From Octopus vulgaris (lineage: Eukaryota): a stretch of DNA of 64,000 nt. Below, one piece after another: positions 44,327 to 58,972 of this stretch. Within the stretch, counting starts at the first letter, position 1, and every line of letters begins with the position of its first letter. The notes under the pieces were generated by a model that did no database searches, was not told where the DNA came from, and saw only the letters and a list, made by a program, of their open reading frames with translations. The position numbers were made by a program, and so were the translations under genes. The stretch lies in contig OX597814.1 of assembly GCA_951406725.2 (NCBI GenBank), forward strand, positions 221,278,001 through 221,342,000. The letters run 5' to 3'.

Positions 44327-44640
44327 AAGGCGGCGTGCTGGCAGAATCGTTAGCACGCCGGGCGAAATACCTAGCGGTATTTCGTCTGCCGCTGCGTTCT
44401 GAGTTCATATTCCGCGGAGGTCGACTTTGCCTTTCGTCCTTTCGGGATCGATAAATTAAGTATCAGTTGTGTACTGGGGTCGATGTAATCGACTTAATCC
44501 CTATGTCTGTCCTTGTTTGTCCCCTCTATGTTTAGCCCCTTGTGGGTAATAAAGAAACAGGTATTTCGTCTGCCGTTACGTTCTGAGTTCAAATTCCGCC
44601 GAGGTCGACTTTGCTTTCGTCCTTTCGGGGTCGATATAAT
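44327..44640 (+). mobile_element. SINE family B (one full unit plus truncated second unit)
   Basis: Head, unit, junction AATAAAGAAACA|GGTATTTCGTC, then a partial unit. Confidence 0.9.
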
Positions 44641-44685
44641 CAGCTGAACTAACACACATACCTTGTGTATGTGCGTTCAATTTTG

Positions 44686-44723
<38 letters not shown>

Positions 44724-45570
44724 ACTCTCTCTCTCTCTATATATATATATATGTATGTATGTATATATATATATGTATGTATGTATATGTATATACATAT
44801 ACATATGTGTATGAATATATATTTATATTTATATACATATACATACATATACGCGCGCGAGGGCGCAGACACACAAAACATGCACACACAGATACACATA
44901 TACGCACACGCGCGCGCGCACACACACACACACACACACATAACGATGTATCTCTGTGAGCACTTCCGAATAAGGTTTTCCAGTTTGCTTAGATCAAGTG
45001 AATTTTCTACTCATTTAATTAGTATGTAAACTTAAATTAATCTTGTGACAGTTTCCCGCATGATATAGTGTGTTCGGATGTTGGACCTTTGAATTATGGT
45101 TGCAAGCCATCCGCTGGGCTGTCACACAGATTCCTTTTATTCCATTTCATTCCTATACTGTTATATGCAATGCATGATTTAATACATCGTAACTAATATT
45201 TTGAAGGGGAAAAGATAAACTCAGCTGACTTTACTAGATCAGTGACCTTCAGCAAAGTCATGCTAACTCACAAGCATTTGCAGCCGCTTTGGATATTGTT
45301 CCTAAGACTTGCAACATTTAAACAGTAAATTTTGTAATCACCAACGCAATTCCAGTAATTTAAACTCGTGGTGTACACTGATGTTGAGCTATCACAGGGG
45401 AGATAATCCTTTCTAGGTTCAATTACGTTGAGGCGAATTTGGGAGGTTTGAATTTTAAATTAAAGATCCGGTAATTTTCTAAGTTTAAAAAATCGGAGTA
45501 TTTTGTGCCATGATGCTACATCCATAAACCATTAAGATGCAGAATCCAGTTTAATCCAGTATCATACAAA

Positions 45571-45745
45571 GGCAGCGAAACTGCAAAATTGTTACAATGC
45601 CTAACAAAATGCTTAGCGGCATTTCCCCTCTTTTTATGTTCTTAATCTAAATTCCGCCGAGGTCAACTTTGCTTTTATCTTTTCGGAGCCAATTAAGTAA
45701 GCACCAGTGATATCGATGCAACCCACTTACCTAAAATTTCAGCCG
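45571..45745 (+). mobile_element. Old, diverged SINE B-related copy
   Basis: GGCAGCGAAACTGCAAAATTGTTA...AAATTCCGCCGAGGTCAACTTTGC. Confidence 0.65.
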
Positions 45746-46712
45746 TTTGTCTTTAAGACAGAATCTTTGTTTAAGGACTCCACATAATCCCTCATAATTT
45801 TTTGATGTTTTGGAATTTTCAGAAAATTTTTGCGAATTTGTGTTCTAAAAAGGGTAATTCATGTGATTATGCAAAAATTCTCCGTGATTTAAGGGTGATT
45901 TATCTGTAATGTTTAGCACGTCTCACAACTACCTGACACATTTCTCGTTTCTTTGGCATTCTGACATACACTGATGTTTTTCAATATATTTCTCCCCAGA
46001 GACACATTCAGTGCAATGATGATGTACCCAAGGGTGATCTATCGCTGAGATTTATGCAAACACTTCGTACTGTACGTATTTGAAACTCTGATTTGAAAGG
46101 ATATTTGTTAAAAAAAGTGGAAATTTTGTGATTTATGGGAGGTGGCGGATTCTAAAATATTTTTTTTTATAATCGTGTGAATTCCCGTATGTACAACACA
46201 AATTCATAAAACCTTTCTGAAAAATGAAAAAGAATAAAGATAAATTATGAATTTCACCGCCTATATAACAAATGATTATTTTATCATACACTCCCATATT
46301 GTAATCTTGTCTTAAGATATATTTGTTCTACAATACTCCAAATGTTTTTATTCTACTTTCTCACAAAATCTTATTTTTCAGCGCCTAACTTTCTTTTTTC
46401 TTCTGCACTAAGTAGAAACAGCAAATTTCGCTGATTCTGATTTCGCTGTATAAATTTTGCCAAGCTGAAGAAAACTATAGAAATCAATTAAGACATCTCT
46501 TTTATTTTTTTCAATACATCTTTCTTGATCTCTTTGTAAAACCTCAGAGTCACGGCACACAGCAGGAGACTATTCTTACTTTCTATATATCCGTATGAGA
46601 TGGTGCGAATATGGGGAAAGTCATTCGTCTTATGTCACCTGAATATTGATTCTCATTTTTTCGTCTGACGTGAATGTACTAGTGATGGTGGGTTAACTTG
46701 CATATTGACTGA

Positions 46713-46797
<85 letters not shown>

Positions 46798-46939
46798 CAT
46801 CCATCCATCCATCCATGTATGTATGTATGTATGTATGTATGTATGTATGTATGTATGTATGTATGTATGTATGTATGTATCTATCTATCTATCTACCTAC
46901 CTACCTACCTACCTACCTACATACATACATACATAAAAA

Positions 46940-46970
<31 letters not shown>

Positions 46971-46973
46971 ACA

Positions 46974-47007
<34 letters not shown>

Positions 47008-47028
47008 CATATATCCATACATATATAT
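46713..47028. repeat. Compound (TATC)(CATC)(TATG)(TACC)(CATA) microsatellite
   Basis: Direct reading. Confidence 0.93.
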
Positions 47029-47480
47029 CATTAAAAACCGAGAGAGAAGGTGGAGATAAGATTGATAAAAGATTATTAATACATTGACGGGACCAGACCT
47101 ACAATTGTTTCAGTTCATTGGTTGCAGCATAAAATCAACCAAATTTAATTTAACTAAATCAATTTAGTTAATTACTACAAGTGAGAACATCGTTAGGGAA
47201 GGACATACGAAGAAATTTAACATGCTTAAAACATAATGAAAACATTAAGAAAGAATCACGCAGTGTACCATTAAAGTTTAAAATATATACATGAATAAAA
47301 ATAGATACATTTATAAAAAAAAATAGTTATAGTCCTAAATTTAGATAAATAATAATAATGATAATAAAGATAATACAGACATACCCATTCAAAAATAGCT
47401 ATATCACCATTATTTATGGGTAGCTGGGTGCAATATGAAACCTATAGGCAGAATGTTGTCGCCACTAATCGTAGCTGTAT

Positions 47481-48156
47481 GCTCATTCCACTCGCAAATT
47501 GCTATATATTTTTCTCGTAGAAGAGAGAGAATGTTATATTAAATCTCTGAGCGAGATATAAACAGTAGCAGTACGGAATTGTAACATATTTGCCAACTGA
47601 ATGTGGTGTCCTATACAGGACAGTGCTACTGATGTCTATAGCCCCAGGTAGACATCTCCAACTGGCTAACGACACACATTCTGTGTCCGATTAGTATTTG
47701 CGAGGGGAGATAATCGCTCCCATCTCTAGGCATACGTGATACGCACGTCCTTAACGTGTGTTATATCACGCTCAAAGGTTTAATATAACATTCTCTCTCT
47801 TCTACGAGATCAGCGTCAGCGACTCGCTAGAAAAATATATAGAAATTTGCGAGTGGAATGAGCTTCCATCACTAGGTGGTAATTAACACCCGCTGAGGAC
47901 GGGTACCCACCCAGAAATTCTAGTCCGTGTGCATCACGTAAGGTTAGAGATGGGAGCGATTACCTCCCCTCGCAAATACTAATTGGACACAAAATGTGTG
48001 TCGTTAGCCAGCTGGAGGAGATGTCTTCCTGGGGCTATAACCATCAATAGCACTGACCTGTAGAGGACGTCACGCTTAGTTGGCAAATATGCTACGGTTC
48101 TGTACCGCTACTGTTTATATCTCGCTCAGTGATTTAATATAATATACTCTCTCTCA

Positions 48157-48158
<2 letters not shown>
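47481..48158. repeat. Inverted and partly tandem array of a ~335-nt hammerhead-containing unit (retrozyme- or PLE pLTR-like)
   Basis: 47521-47747 is an inverted, diverged copy of 47926-48155. 47481-47560 is inverted to 47761-47862. Confidence 0.8.
47887..47931 (+). ncRNA. Minimal type-I hammerhead ribozyme motif, slightly degenerate
   Basis: CACCCG-CUGAGGA-CGGGU-ACCC-ACCCA-GAAAU-UCUA-GUC/CGUGUG. Core intact; one mismatch each in stems I and II. Confidence 0.7.
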
Positions 48159-48204
<46 letters not shown>

Positions 48205-48208
<4 letters not shown>

Positions 48209-49451
48209 CATGACAGAAATAAATAGAATGTCCGTAAAACACCGCATTTTGTTTTTTCTAACTTGTAAAGGTTTATATTTTTTTATTAATTGACATTTTT
48301 ATATTTCAGGTTCTATACGTGATTGTTTGGTTATGCCACATACAAGAGAAACCTTGGAACTTTCTGAATTTCAAAGAGGCCGTATTTTGGGTCATTCTGA
48401 AGATAGACTTAGCGTAAAATTGGAGAAAACTTTGGGATCCTGATGTCTACGATTAATAGAGTGATTGTGCACTTCACCAGAGAGGGGAAAGTGTTCACAT
48501 CATCTTGCCCAGATAGATCAGGACTTTCTGATAGGACCCTTCTCTTTGTTAAGAGAAGTGTGGAGGGTAATCCTCGTTGCAAGACCTCTGACCTAGCAGA
48601 GCAAGTTGGTATGAATCCCAGAACAGCTGTCAGATATCTCCACAAATTTGGTTACTATAGCAGAGCAGCAAAAAAGAAGCCACGCCTTTCACCAGCCAAT
48701 ATCAAGTGGAGAAAAGATTGGGTCAGTGAGATGGTGGAGAGATCACTAATATTTGAGGACTTTGTCATATTCTCCAATGAGTCAAAATTTGCTGTAGTTT
48801 CTGACAGTGGTCGAGTGTGGGTCTGGGGACTCTGTGATCAAGAATTGATGTGAAAAGATTGCAGCCAACGATGAAATATGGCAGGTTTTCTGTAATAGTG
48901 TGGGGAGCAATTTGGAGCAATGGTCAATCAGAGCTGGTGGAGTGTGAGGAAAATATAAACTCAGATAAATATATGTGCATATTGCAGAAAGGACTCCTTC
49001 CAATCTTCTCAAGTGATGAAATGTTTAAAGAAGACTCTTTATTTATGGAAGATGGGGCTCCTTGTCACACGGCCAAGATTTGTTGGAAGAGAATGGCATT
49101 AAAAAGCTTCCATGGTTAAGCCAGTAACCAGATATAAAGTCTATTGAACATTTCTGGGGCATACTGGACAGGATACTTCATAAAAAAACCCCCAAAAAAC
49201 AAGAAAGCATTTTCAAAGCCAGATCTTTTGAGATTACTGCATGAAACTAGGCAAGAAATTCCGCAAGAGAATATTCGTCATATGATCCTTAACAGGCCTA
49301 ATAGGATTCTTGCATTGAAAATGCAAAAGGCATGTCTACTAAATATTAAATATTCACATTATAACAATTAATAATTAATTTGAATGTACAATTTCAGAAT
49401 TAAAAAAATGTTAATGATTATAAGGGTGACTATTCACTTCTGTCATATGTG
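48205..49451 (+). mobile_element. Tc1-family DNA transposon, near full length, inactive
   Basis: Imperfect 22-bp TIRs (left CAGACATGACAGAAATAAATAG; reverse complement of right end CACATATGACAGAAGTGAATAG). Left end abuts a (TA)n tract. Confidence 0.88.
48333..49349 (+). pseudogene. Tc1-type DDE transposase pseudogene
   Basis: MPHTRETLELSEFQRGRILG, AAKKKPRL, VIFSNESKF (first catalytic D to N), VWGAI, FMEDGAPCHTAK, PDIKSIEHFW, KGMSTKY-stop. Frameshifts and stops present. Confidence 0.9.
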
Positions 49452-50467
49452 TGTGTGCATGTATATATATATAATTATTATTACCAACCAGTAAAATGAC
49501 CACATAATAGTTTATTCGTTGATCTGTGAATCTATATACGAGGAAAAAGATATGCAGCTTTGACATATAGTACGTCGGATAATGGGTGACGTCTTCGTAC
49601 GTTTTAGTATACGCGATCGATAAACCAATAAATTTAATTTTACGCTTCCCGTCTGATGATGGCTACCTGCATAGCTAAATGACAATAAATATTTCTCCTT
49701 CAGTCAGTATAGAAAATGTATGGTACCCTGTTTCTAAACTAATCATACGAGTTGTTTGAGTATATGGTCTAATCAACATTAAATTAAATTTCCAGTCTTG
49801 TATTTCTATTCATTCTTCAAACAATATTACATATTAGTTAAACGCTGAACATTAATCATTTTCATATAATTCATCACACACACAGACACACACACACTCA
49901 TGCATACATTTACTAATATACAGACATCAGAAGCACCAACAAAAACCACAGCAATAATTATAGTAATAATACTAACTACAACAACAACAATGACAATCTT
50001 TTGATTATTAAGCTCGGAGAGATACAGAAATATACGATGAACATTAAATGAGGGCCTTATAAAGCTGTTTGCTGTTTTGAACAAAGTTATAGCAAAAAAA
50101 AAAAAAAAAAAAAAAAGAAGAGACCTGAATGGCGTCACACATTCTAAACGAACTAAAAATAATTTCACTGAAATAAATTAAATAAATAAAACACTAAAAT
50201 TAAAAAAAAGATATAGAAAATAGGACATGAAAAACATTTCGGCTTCCTGAAAACACAGTAATGAGAAATTACGGGTTAGTTTAAAGCAAGATTTATTATA
50301 TTATACCCTGAAGATATTTGTATGAGTAGTACTAGAATAGATATCGAGTTGTCACGTCTTCCAGCGCTGATTTGTGAAGACGGTATAAAGCGATAAAGCG
50401 TGGTTTTTAAATTTTGGTGCAAGTGAATCATTCAGTAAAGTCATGTGTGAATGTGTACATGCGGATA

Positions 50468-50501
<34 letters not shown>

Positions 50502-50576
50502 CACACACACACACACCCATCCATCCATACACATCCATCCATCCATCCATCCATACATACTTACATTCATACATAC

Positions 50577-50619
<43 letters not shown>

Positions 50620-50915
50620 TACGAATGATTGGTTCTCCCTTAGTTTTGGTGATAAAGATTTCGTTGTGTGATCAAGTGAATTATCTGATTCCCTCTTCGT
50701 TGAATTAACGTGTAATTCCATTAGCACTTGTAGACTTAACACAATTCCCCGACAGAATCACTGTAATACATAGTATGTGATAATGTACCGTTGAATCAAA
50801 AGCATGATCCGTCCAATAGCATTGAATAAATTTTCCGTCTAGTACATTTCACCTTCAAATTTTTGCTAGACCTTAGAATATATAGAATATTATACGTGCA
50901 CGCACATGCACACGC

Positions 50916-50949
<34 letters not shown>

Positions 50950-50958
50950 CACACACAC

Positions 50959-50998
<40 letters not shown>

Positions 50999-51609
50999 AT
51001 ATTTCGAATTGTAGAATGGGACCAGCTCCAGATTAAAACCATTAAATGACATACTTCACGTATCTATTCATTGAGGATTCAGAGGCTGCAGTGCTCATCT
51101 CAGGAAACATCCCGTAACAGACGAGTTTTTTTTTGTTTTAACACATTACATTTATAAAGAGATGTTTCCTCAAGGCGACCACATAGATTTGATCTCTATA
51201 AGCAAATCATTAGTACGGGTTGTTCAGCGTGAAATTGCAGAGCTGTCATTCTAGGACAATGAGACACTACTCTCATTCATTGAAAGATGAATATACATAC
51301 ATGTATACATACGTACATACATGCATACATACATACATGCAACATACGTACATGCATACATACATACAAACAAATATACCTCGTTGTTGAAATTCCAATG
51401 AAGGAGCCTTGGATCTAGGTTAGAAACCGGTTCTTTCCCTGTTGGCAAGAAACCTTGAAATAAACTGAATAATGACATACATACATAAATACATACATAC
51501 ATACATACATACATACATACATACATACATACATACATACATACATGTATATTATATTAAAGATTATTAAAGAAGGCGGAATGTAACAAAAAAAAATAAT
51601 AACTTAGTA

Positions 51610-51714
51610 CCACAACAATTGTTTCATCTTCAAGGTGCATTGGTCCCTTGTGGTCGTGGAACGATGAAATAACACCAGATGCAACACACAGTGCACAGAA
51701 TACTCCTCAGGTGG
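51610..51714 (-). ncRNA. Type-I hammerhead motif with a long stem II extension
   Basis: Minus strand CCAC-CUGAGGA-[~80 nt: GUAUUC...UGCAUCUGGU...ACCAAUGCA...GAAGAU]-GAAAC-AAUU-GUU/GUGG. Confidence 0.65.
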
Positions 51715-52059
51715 GATAATATGGTTTTCAGCTGGGAGATTTACAATGCAGTTTCGCTGTATTAAGAGATGTTATCGGTGAGACAGAATCACAGACAAAC
51801 TGTGAAGCAAATTCATACGTTTAATTCAGTGCAAAGACAGACAGACGCGCACATTAATAAGTTTATTCATGGGCACATGCCAGTATAAGGTATATGTATG
51901 TGTGTCAGACAGTTACATACGCAGGCAGGTATACACATATATACATACGTACTTACACACATACATATATCCTTCGGGGCACTGACATCCATTTACTCAT
52001 ATACATATTTTCATCATATCGACAGTCCTCATGGAGCATATGCACGTACGCACACTGAT

Positions 52060-52108
<49 letters not shown>

Positions 52109-52423
52109 TACATAAATACATACACAGACACACACATACACTCATATTTTCAGGCGATGCTCACAGACACACATTTACTCACACGCACTATTACACCTAT
52201 GTCTTAGGATATATACATCTAAAATTATATTGATACCTGTAGTCTCATACATTTGTCCAAGGGTATATAGACAGATATAACAATTTGTGGAACGATTGCA
52301 TAAAGTTCACTGATCAATGTGGACTATGGCAGTGCGGTGCTATGTTTACAAGGTGGTAATATTTAAAGGTGGCTTTCATAGCGTATATATACTTATACTT
52401 ATACCCATTATACATACAAACTC

Positions 52424-52488
<65 letters not shown>

Positions 52489-52662
52489 TATAAATGTATA
52501 TATTTAAATGTTGAAGTGAATCTAACGGTTTTTGTGTATTTCTTAAATGGCTTATAAACACCTTCTACGCCTGCAATTGTTTTCGTTCCAGCACACGATC
52601 TCAGATCAAGTCACTCGCTATGCAAGTACATCTCCGTATATGTATATATATATATATATAAA

Positions 52663-52708
<46 letters not shown>

Positions 52709-55068
52709 TATACATATAGGTGAGTATATACATACACACGCATATACCGTGTCTGGAAAGACAATAGAATTTTTGATATTCTCTTATGATTAAACAATTT
52801 ACGGTCAGTTTGCAATACAGTTATGTCTAGAAGACTGCCCCAATGATCACCGTCCACTCCTATATCTATGATAAAACTAAAAATACTTAACTTTTGTAAC
52901 TGAAGTTTTAAGACACAATAATCACAATAATATAAGACCAACTGCAAGTATATCTCTGAAATACCATGAATATTTATCCGTATCCGTCTCCAAAACGCTG
53001 GATTAATTACATTGGTATTTTTAGAAAGTAAACAGATTTTTCTCCGATCTCAGACATATTGCTTTAATCATAAGCCTGATTGTGCATACAGCAAAGTTTT
53101 TGTTGCAGCAACAAAGATGCTTTTTGCTTTGAAATCTGTTATCGAATATTTTCATCAAGCAGTGGAACGTGTTAATCAGATACCGAAGACACACTAGTAA
53201 CATTTGTTTCTGATGAATACATTCCACAATGGGAAAGAATATTTTAGAAAACTATTATCCACAATGACTTTCTACTGCGTTTCTCTCACTATGTTATTTC
53301 GGTAATAAGGGTGATTATGAAGTTAAACACGAAACACAACTAAATTAAAGAAATAGAGGGATTTTTATATGGTAAACATTGCTTTATAGATCCCAGTATA
53401 ACATTTCTAGATTTCCCGTGAAATGCTTTCCGTCGGAGTGTTTCTTGACTAATTTCTACTCAAATATCATACGCTTAGAGCAGCTGCCTCTTCCAGATGT
53501 TTCTTATTTAAATATAATTTATACAATAAAGCTACAGGCGAAAACAGTTTTACTGGCACTTCTACTCCTCAATCAGATAAGAAAATAAGGAAGCCACAAT
53601 GCTTAGAGCTTTTCTAAATCTGCATTACAGTTGCTTGGCGATTATAAAACTGTCACCATGGCGATAATGGAGAGTGACGCAGACTGAGATTTCGACAAGT
53701 TTATTCTTCTACTTGTTTTGATTCTCCTTCGTAGATAATTCGCTTCACTTATATTACAAATGTCCTTGAAAAGGGAGATGTACATCACAATTTCAAATTC
53801 TTCTTCTAAACGTTTTGGAAATTATGCCTTTAGGGTGTAAGCAATTCAAAAGCTGTACCACTGTGCAAACAAGCTTAATGCAGAGGAATTTATCACTACA
53901 GCTATAAAGTAAAGCAACTGCAATTCCATAGACTTTCGATCTCATCTGGTTATTTCTCTTGTATCATGACATCCTCAACAAAATCAGTTCTCACACTGCT
54001 TTAATACATCTAATTGCTAATAAACCTTTTCATCTTTCTTTTGAGTAATTTTATTTGACACTATATACTGGCTCATTGAATCATTCACTCGCATTTCGTC
54101 TCTTACATCAATGACAAAATACTCTTTCTTCAGTTAATTCCGGAGTCTCGTGGAAAATGACAAATTAAAAGAGCTCCACACCTCCTTTAAGATTCTTGTG
54201 AGGTAAATATGTCTTGAACCGAAGACACGACTATGGACATGAAGCAGATTAACAATAATTTGACGGTAATTTTACAAATGGTAACTAAAGTAGATAGAGA
54301 TTTTATTTAATAGCACATCAGTAGAATATGGAAGAGACAATGTCGAACATTGAAGAAGATAAATACAACTACTGCTTTATCACTATAGCAACAACAACAA
54401 CAACAACAACACCAACATTATGAAGAACGGAGATAAAGCGACAGATAACGTAGTGAACACATGAAAGAAAATTTTGGGAAAAGAATCAACTTTAAAGAAT
54501 GAGACAGAAAAGATAGAAGAGAGAGAGAAAGAGAGAGCTACAGTGAGAGAGAAAGAAAGAGAGGGAGAGGGATACAGAAATGTGATGAAAAGACGAAAAG
54601 AGAGAGACAGATTAAGAAACAGAAATAAGAAGGAAATGAGAAATTGGGTGGGGTACAAGACGATGACAATAGAAAAGTCTTTGTTGTCTTGGATTTCAAA
54701 GTCCTGGCTGAATACTTTAATAACCTTATAACGATGTAAGCAGCAAAATTAGAATGTAATTCTAGACCGGATGATTTGGCAGAGATGAAGACATTTCAAA
54801 AGAAAATAAAAGAAAAAGAAAGAAAAGAGTAATTTGAAGCAAGAGTAGAAACAAATGAAAGTGTAAGAATTTTAACCGCTATATATTCTAAATTAGGTAA
54901 AAAGATCTGATAAATAATTATAAATTTTTGTCTAGATACAGTGTGTGTCGTCATATAGAATTGGCATCATTCCTTAAGACATCTTCAAAGAGATTCTGTT
55001 ATAATGCGATGAACACATCATACAAAACCCACACAGCCTGCTTATATATGTGTGTATGTATGTATGTA

Positions 55069-55146
<78 letters not shown>

Positions 55147-55298
55147 TATATATACATATAGATAAACATATGTATATATCTATTAATATTTATTTTTAGA
55201 GGCATATATATATATATATATATATATGTGTATATGCATGTGAGTGGGCTGGGTGTATGTCCACTTATATGATTACACAGACATACATATTTATATAC

Positions 55299-55383
<85 letters not shown>

Positions 55384-55776
55384 AATATATATGTATGTAT
55401 ACTTACATAATTCTTTATTTACATGTATTGTATTCATAAATATGCACACATATATGTATATACGAAAGGATTTATTTCCCTGCATATTTAAATACATTGT
55501 CCTGATTACGATGCAAATTTGTCTAGTTTTATCATTAATATCCGCTATAATTTTTACATCCATTCATGTATGGAACTCACTAATATATGCGTCGGTATAT
55601 GTGTGCGTGTATATGTGCAGCTATGTGCACATATATAACAGCCATATACGCGCACATTTGCATGCACATAGAAGCATGCACATACACACACTACTCCATA
55701 TTCAAATACAAATATTTGTGAACGTCATTAATATAAAGATCTATATATATTAATGCATACGCAGATATGGTCTATG

Positions 55777-55809
<33 letters not shown>

Positions 55810-56200
55810 GTGCGTGAGTGTGTGTATGTATTTACTTGTATTTATCGATATGTATGCCTGTAGAGATTCTTTTGTAGAAAGGTTTGGCATTACTGCAGTG
55901 ACTACCAATCCCATATATGTATAGAAAGCGGAAGAGAGAGGGGTGAACAGAAAGAGAGAGAAAGAGAGAGAGAGAAAGAGAGAGAGAGAGGGGGAAATTT
56001 AAATGACTATCTCGTATCAGTTTCCTCCTATATATCTCTCTCTCTTTTTCTCGATATATATATATATACATACATGCATACATATATACATATATTTAAA
56101 AATATATATATATACATACATACATATATATATATATACATACGTACATATATATATATTTATCTATATCTCTCTATACGTATACACACTCGCACGTACA

Positions 56201-56266
<66 letters not shown>

Positions 56267-56934
56267 AAAAATAAAATAAAAACATGATGCGAAGGATTCA
56301 GCGGTACATAAGTTTCGGGCCTTTATTAGACAGATTTATAACAATGCATAATGTATGTCTGTGGCCTTCTTCAGCCGCGTACAACAGCTTCCACAAAGGA
56401 CATGTGTTACATCAAAAATTCTTGGTTGGGGATGCAAATCCTCTCATTCACGTACGACATAATGCGGCAGCAGCATAGAATTGAAGCTTCCATCTCTTTC
56501 TTCTCTCAATGTAGAATATATATATATACATGCATGTATATGTACGTATGCGTTTATCATTCATCCATACACAATTGAACGTAGTTTCTTCATCTTTAAT
56601 ATTTCTATCATTTTCCATTTCTTTCATAATAATAATAATAATAATAATGTTAATAATAACAATAATAATTTTTATTATCGATATCATTTTTATTATTGTT
56701 GTTGTTCTTGCTGCTATGGCTCCTGCTTCAGTTATCACTTTTCTTTTCGTCTTTTTTTCCTTTTTCTGTTAGTTAACTAACAACAGTAATACCAAAAGAA
56801 ACAAGGCATCTGTAATAAGTTAATTTCACTCTTTTCTGCTGACAAGAAGAGCTGTTGTTTGCTTTCTGGTATATACACACCCAATATTCGCGCTCATGCA
56901 CGCACGAATTACAATGGAAACGTGTTCCATGCGA

Positions 56935-56976
56935 GGGTGTGTGTGTATGTGTGTGTGTGTGCGTGTGTGTGTGTGA

Positions 56977-57009
<33 letters not shown>

Positions 57010-57229
57010 CCAGGGGATGAGAGAGAGAGAGAGAGAGAGAGAGATTTCTGGTGGCGTTAGTTTGCATACATGTGTGTGTTTGTGTATATGTATGTACCTG
57101 CTTGTGTACCTGTGTGTGTGTGTGTGTGTGTGAGCGTGTGTGTGTGAGCGTGTGTGTGTGTGTGTGTGTGAGCGCGTGTGTGTGAGTGTGTGAGCGCGTG
57201 TGTGTGTGTGTGAGCGTGTGTGTGTGAGC

Positions 57230-57267
<38 letters not shown>

Positions 57268-57378
57268 AAGAGAGCGAGGGGATGAGAGAGAGAGAGATTT
57301 CTGGTGGCGTTAGTTTGCATACGTGTGTGTGTTTGCGCGGATTTGTGTGTTTGTGCATATGTATGTACCTGCTTGTGT

Positions 57379-57409
<31 letters not shown>
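56935..57409. repeat. Tandem duplication of a ~250-bp microsatellite-rich unit
   Basis: GGGGATGAGAG...ATTTCTGGTGGCGTTAGTTTGCATAC...ATATGTATGTACCTGCTTGTGTACCTGTG occurs twice (about 57013-57113 and 57278-57384). Confidence 0.85.
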
Positions 57410-58049
57410 GACAAAAAAGAAGGTTTAAATCAAATCGCGTTGATTCTGTGTAAAATCGTAGATAAGAAACCGAATGACAAAATAACATGCACGTGCTCTT
57501 GGAGAGGATATCTTTGTCTCTTTGCCTCCGAGCGAGCGCAGATCGATAAAATAGTTCTCTTTTTTTTTTTCTTTTCTTTTTAAACGAGAGAAAGAACACA
57601 AGCATTCCCCCACTCCCTGCAACTGCCTACACTGATGCATCCTTTCCCCCATCTATCTTTTCCTTCAGTACCCGCCTGGTACCTGCCTGGAGAGAGAAGA
57701 GAGGACACTTTGAAAATAAATTGCTATTCTTATCAGTTGCCACTGGAATTACGACCATTATCCTAATGAAAATATTAAAATACATTTTTTTCCCTCCTCT
57801 CAAAACTTACATATATTAATAACTACGTATATACGTTGATGGTGATAGTGACGGAGATGATGACAACGGTGATGATGATGATGGTGGTGGTGGTGGTGGT
57901 AGTGGTGGTGGTGGTGGTAACGACAAACTGAGGAAGAAGAAGGAGTTAAGAGAAAGCGAAGAGGACTGCGGATAAATCAAGATGAGAATGATGATTTCGT
58001 CGCGGATGATTGATGTTGATAACACTCGACAGTAAAACTAAGGATCATG

Positions 58050-58178
58050 AGAATGATGATGATGATGATGATGATGATGATAATGATGACGACGACGACG
58101 ATGATGATGATGATAAAGTTGATCATAATCACAATGATGATGTGACGGTGATGATGATGATGATGATGATGTTGGTGG

Positions 58179-58216
<38 letters not shown>

Positions 58217-58223
58217 GTGGTGG

Positions 58224-58266
<43 letters not shown>

Positions 58267-58658
58267 AATAGTGACGGCGTTGATGGGGTGATGATAGTTT
58301 TAGTAACATAAATGGCCATTACGATGATGGCAGTGATAGTAGTTGGTTTGGTGATAGAGTTTAAAAGATGTTAGTTTGAATACTGATGCTAAAGATCTTA
58401 GAATACTATGATAAAAGACGATCTACCATGATGTATCGGATGATAACGATGTTGATGGTGACGATGATGATGATGATGATGATGACGATGACAGTGTTAA
58501 TGACACCCACTCAAGGGTGGGAAGACGGTGACAATGAACGTGATGGTTGCAGCCGTGATGAAAATCACTATGATGACTGTAACAAAGATGAGATTGATGA
58601 TGACGATGATGGTGATGATGATAATGATGATGACGATGATGATGACGATGATGACGAC

Positions 58659-58693
<35 letters not shown>

Positions 58694-58728
58694 CGATGAT
58701 GATGATGATGATGATGATGATGAAAATT

Positions 58729-58759
<31 letters not shown>

Positions 58760-58877
58760 CGACGACGACGACGACGACGATGATGATGATGATAATGATG
58801 ATGATGATGATGACGACGACGACGACGACGATGATGATGATGATGATGATGATGACGACGACGATGACGACGACGAC

Positions 58878-58939
<62 letters not shown>

Positions 58940-58941
58940 TG

Positions 58942-58972
<31 letters not shown>

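Noticed and set aside
49648-49752. CTGATGA hammerhead 5' half
   Set aside because: No intact GAAA plus NUH 3' half with compatible stems was found.
52780-54240. Scattered peptide traces resembling RLE motifs (IIDIGV, QTDRKL, EIESLWN)
   Set aside because: Too fragmentary and partly out of order to support a call without a homology search.
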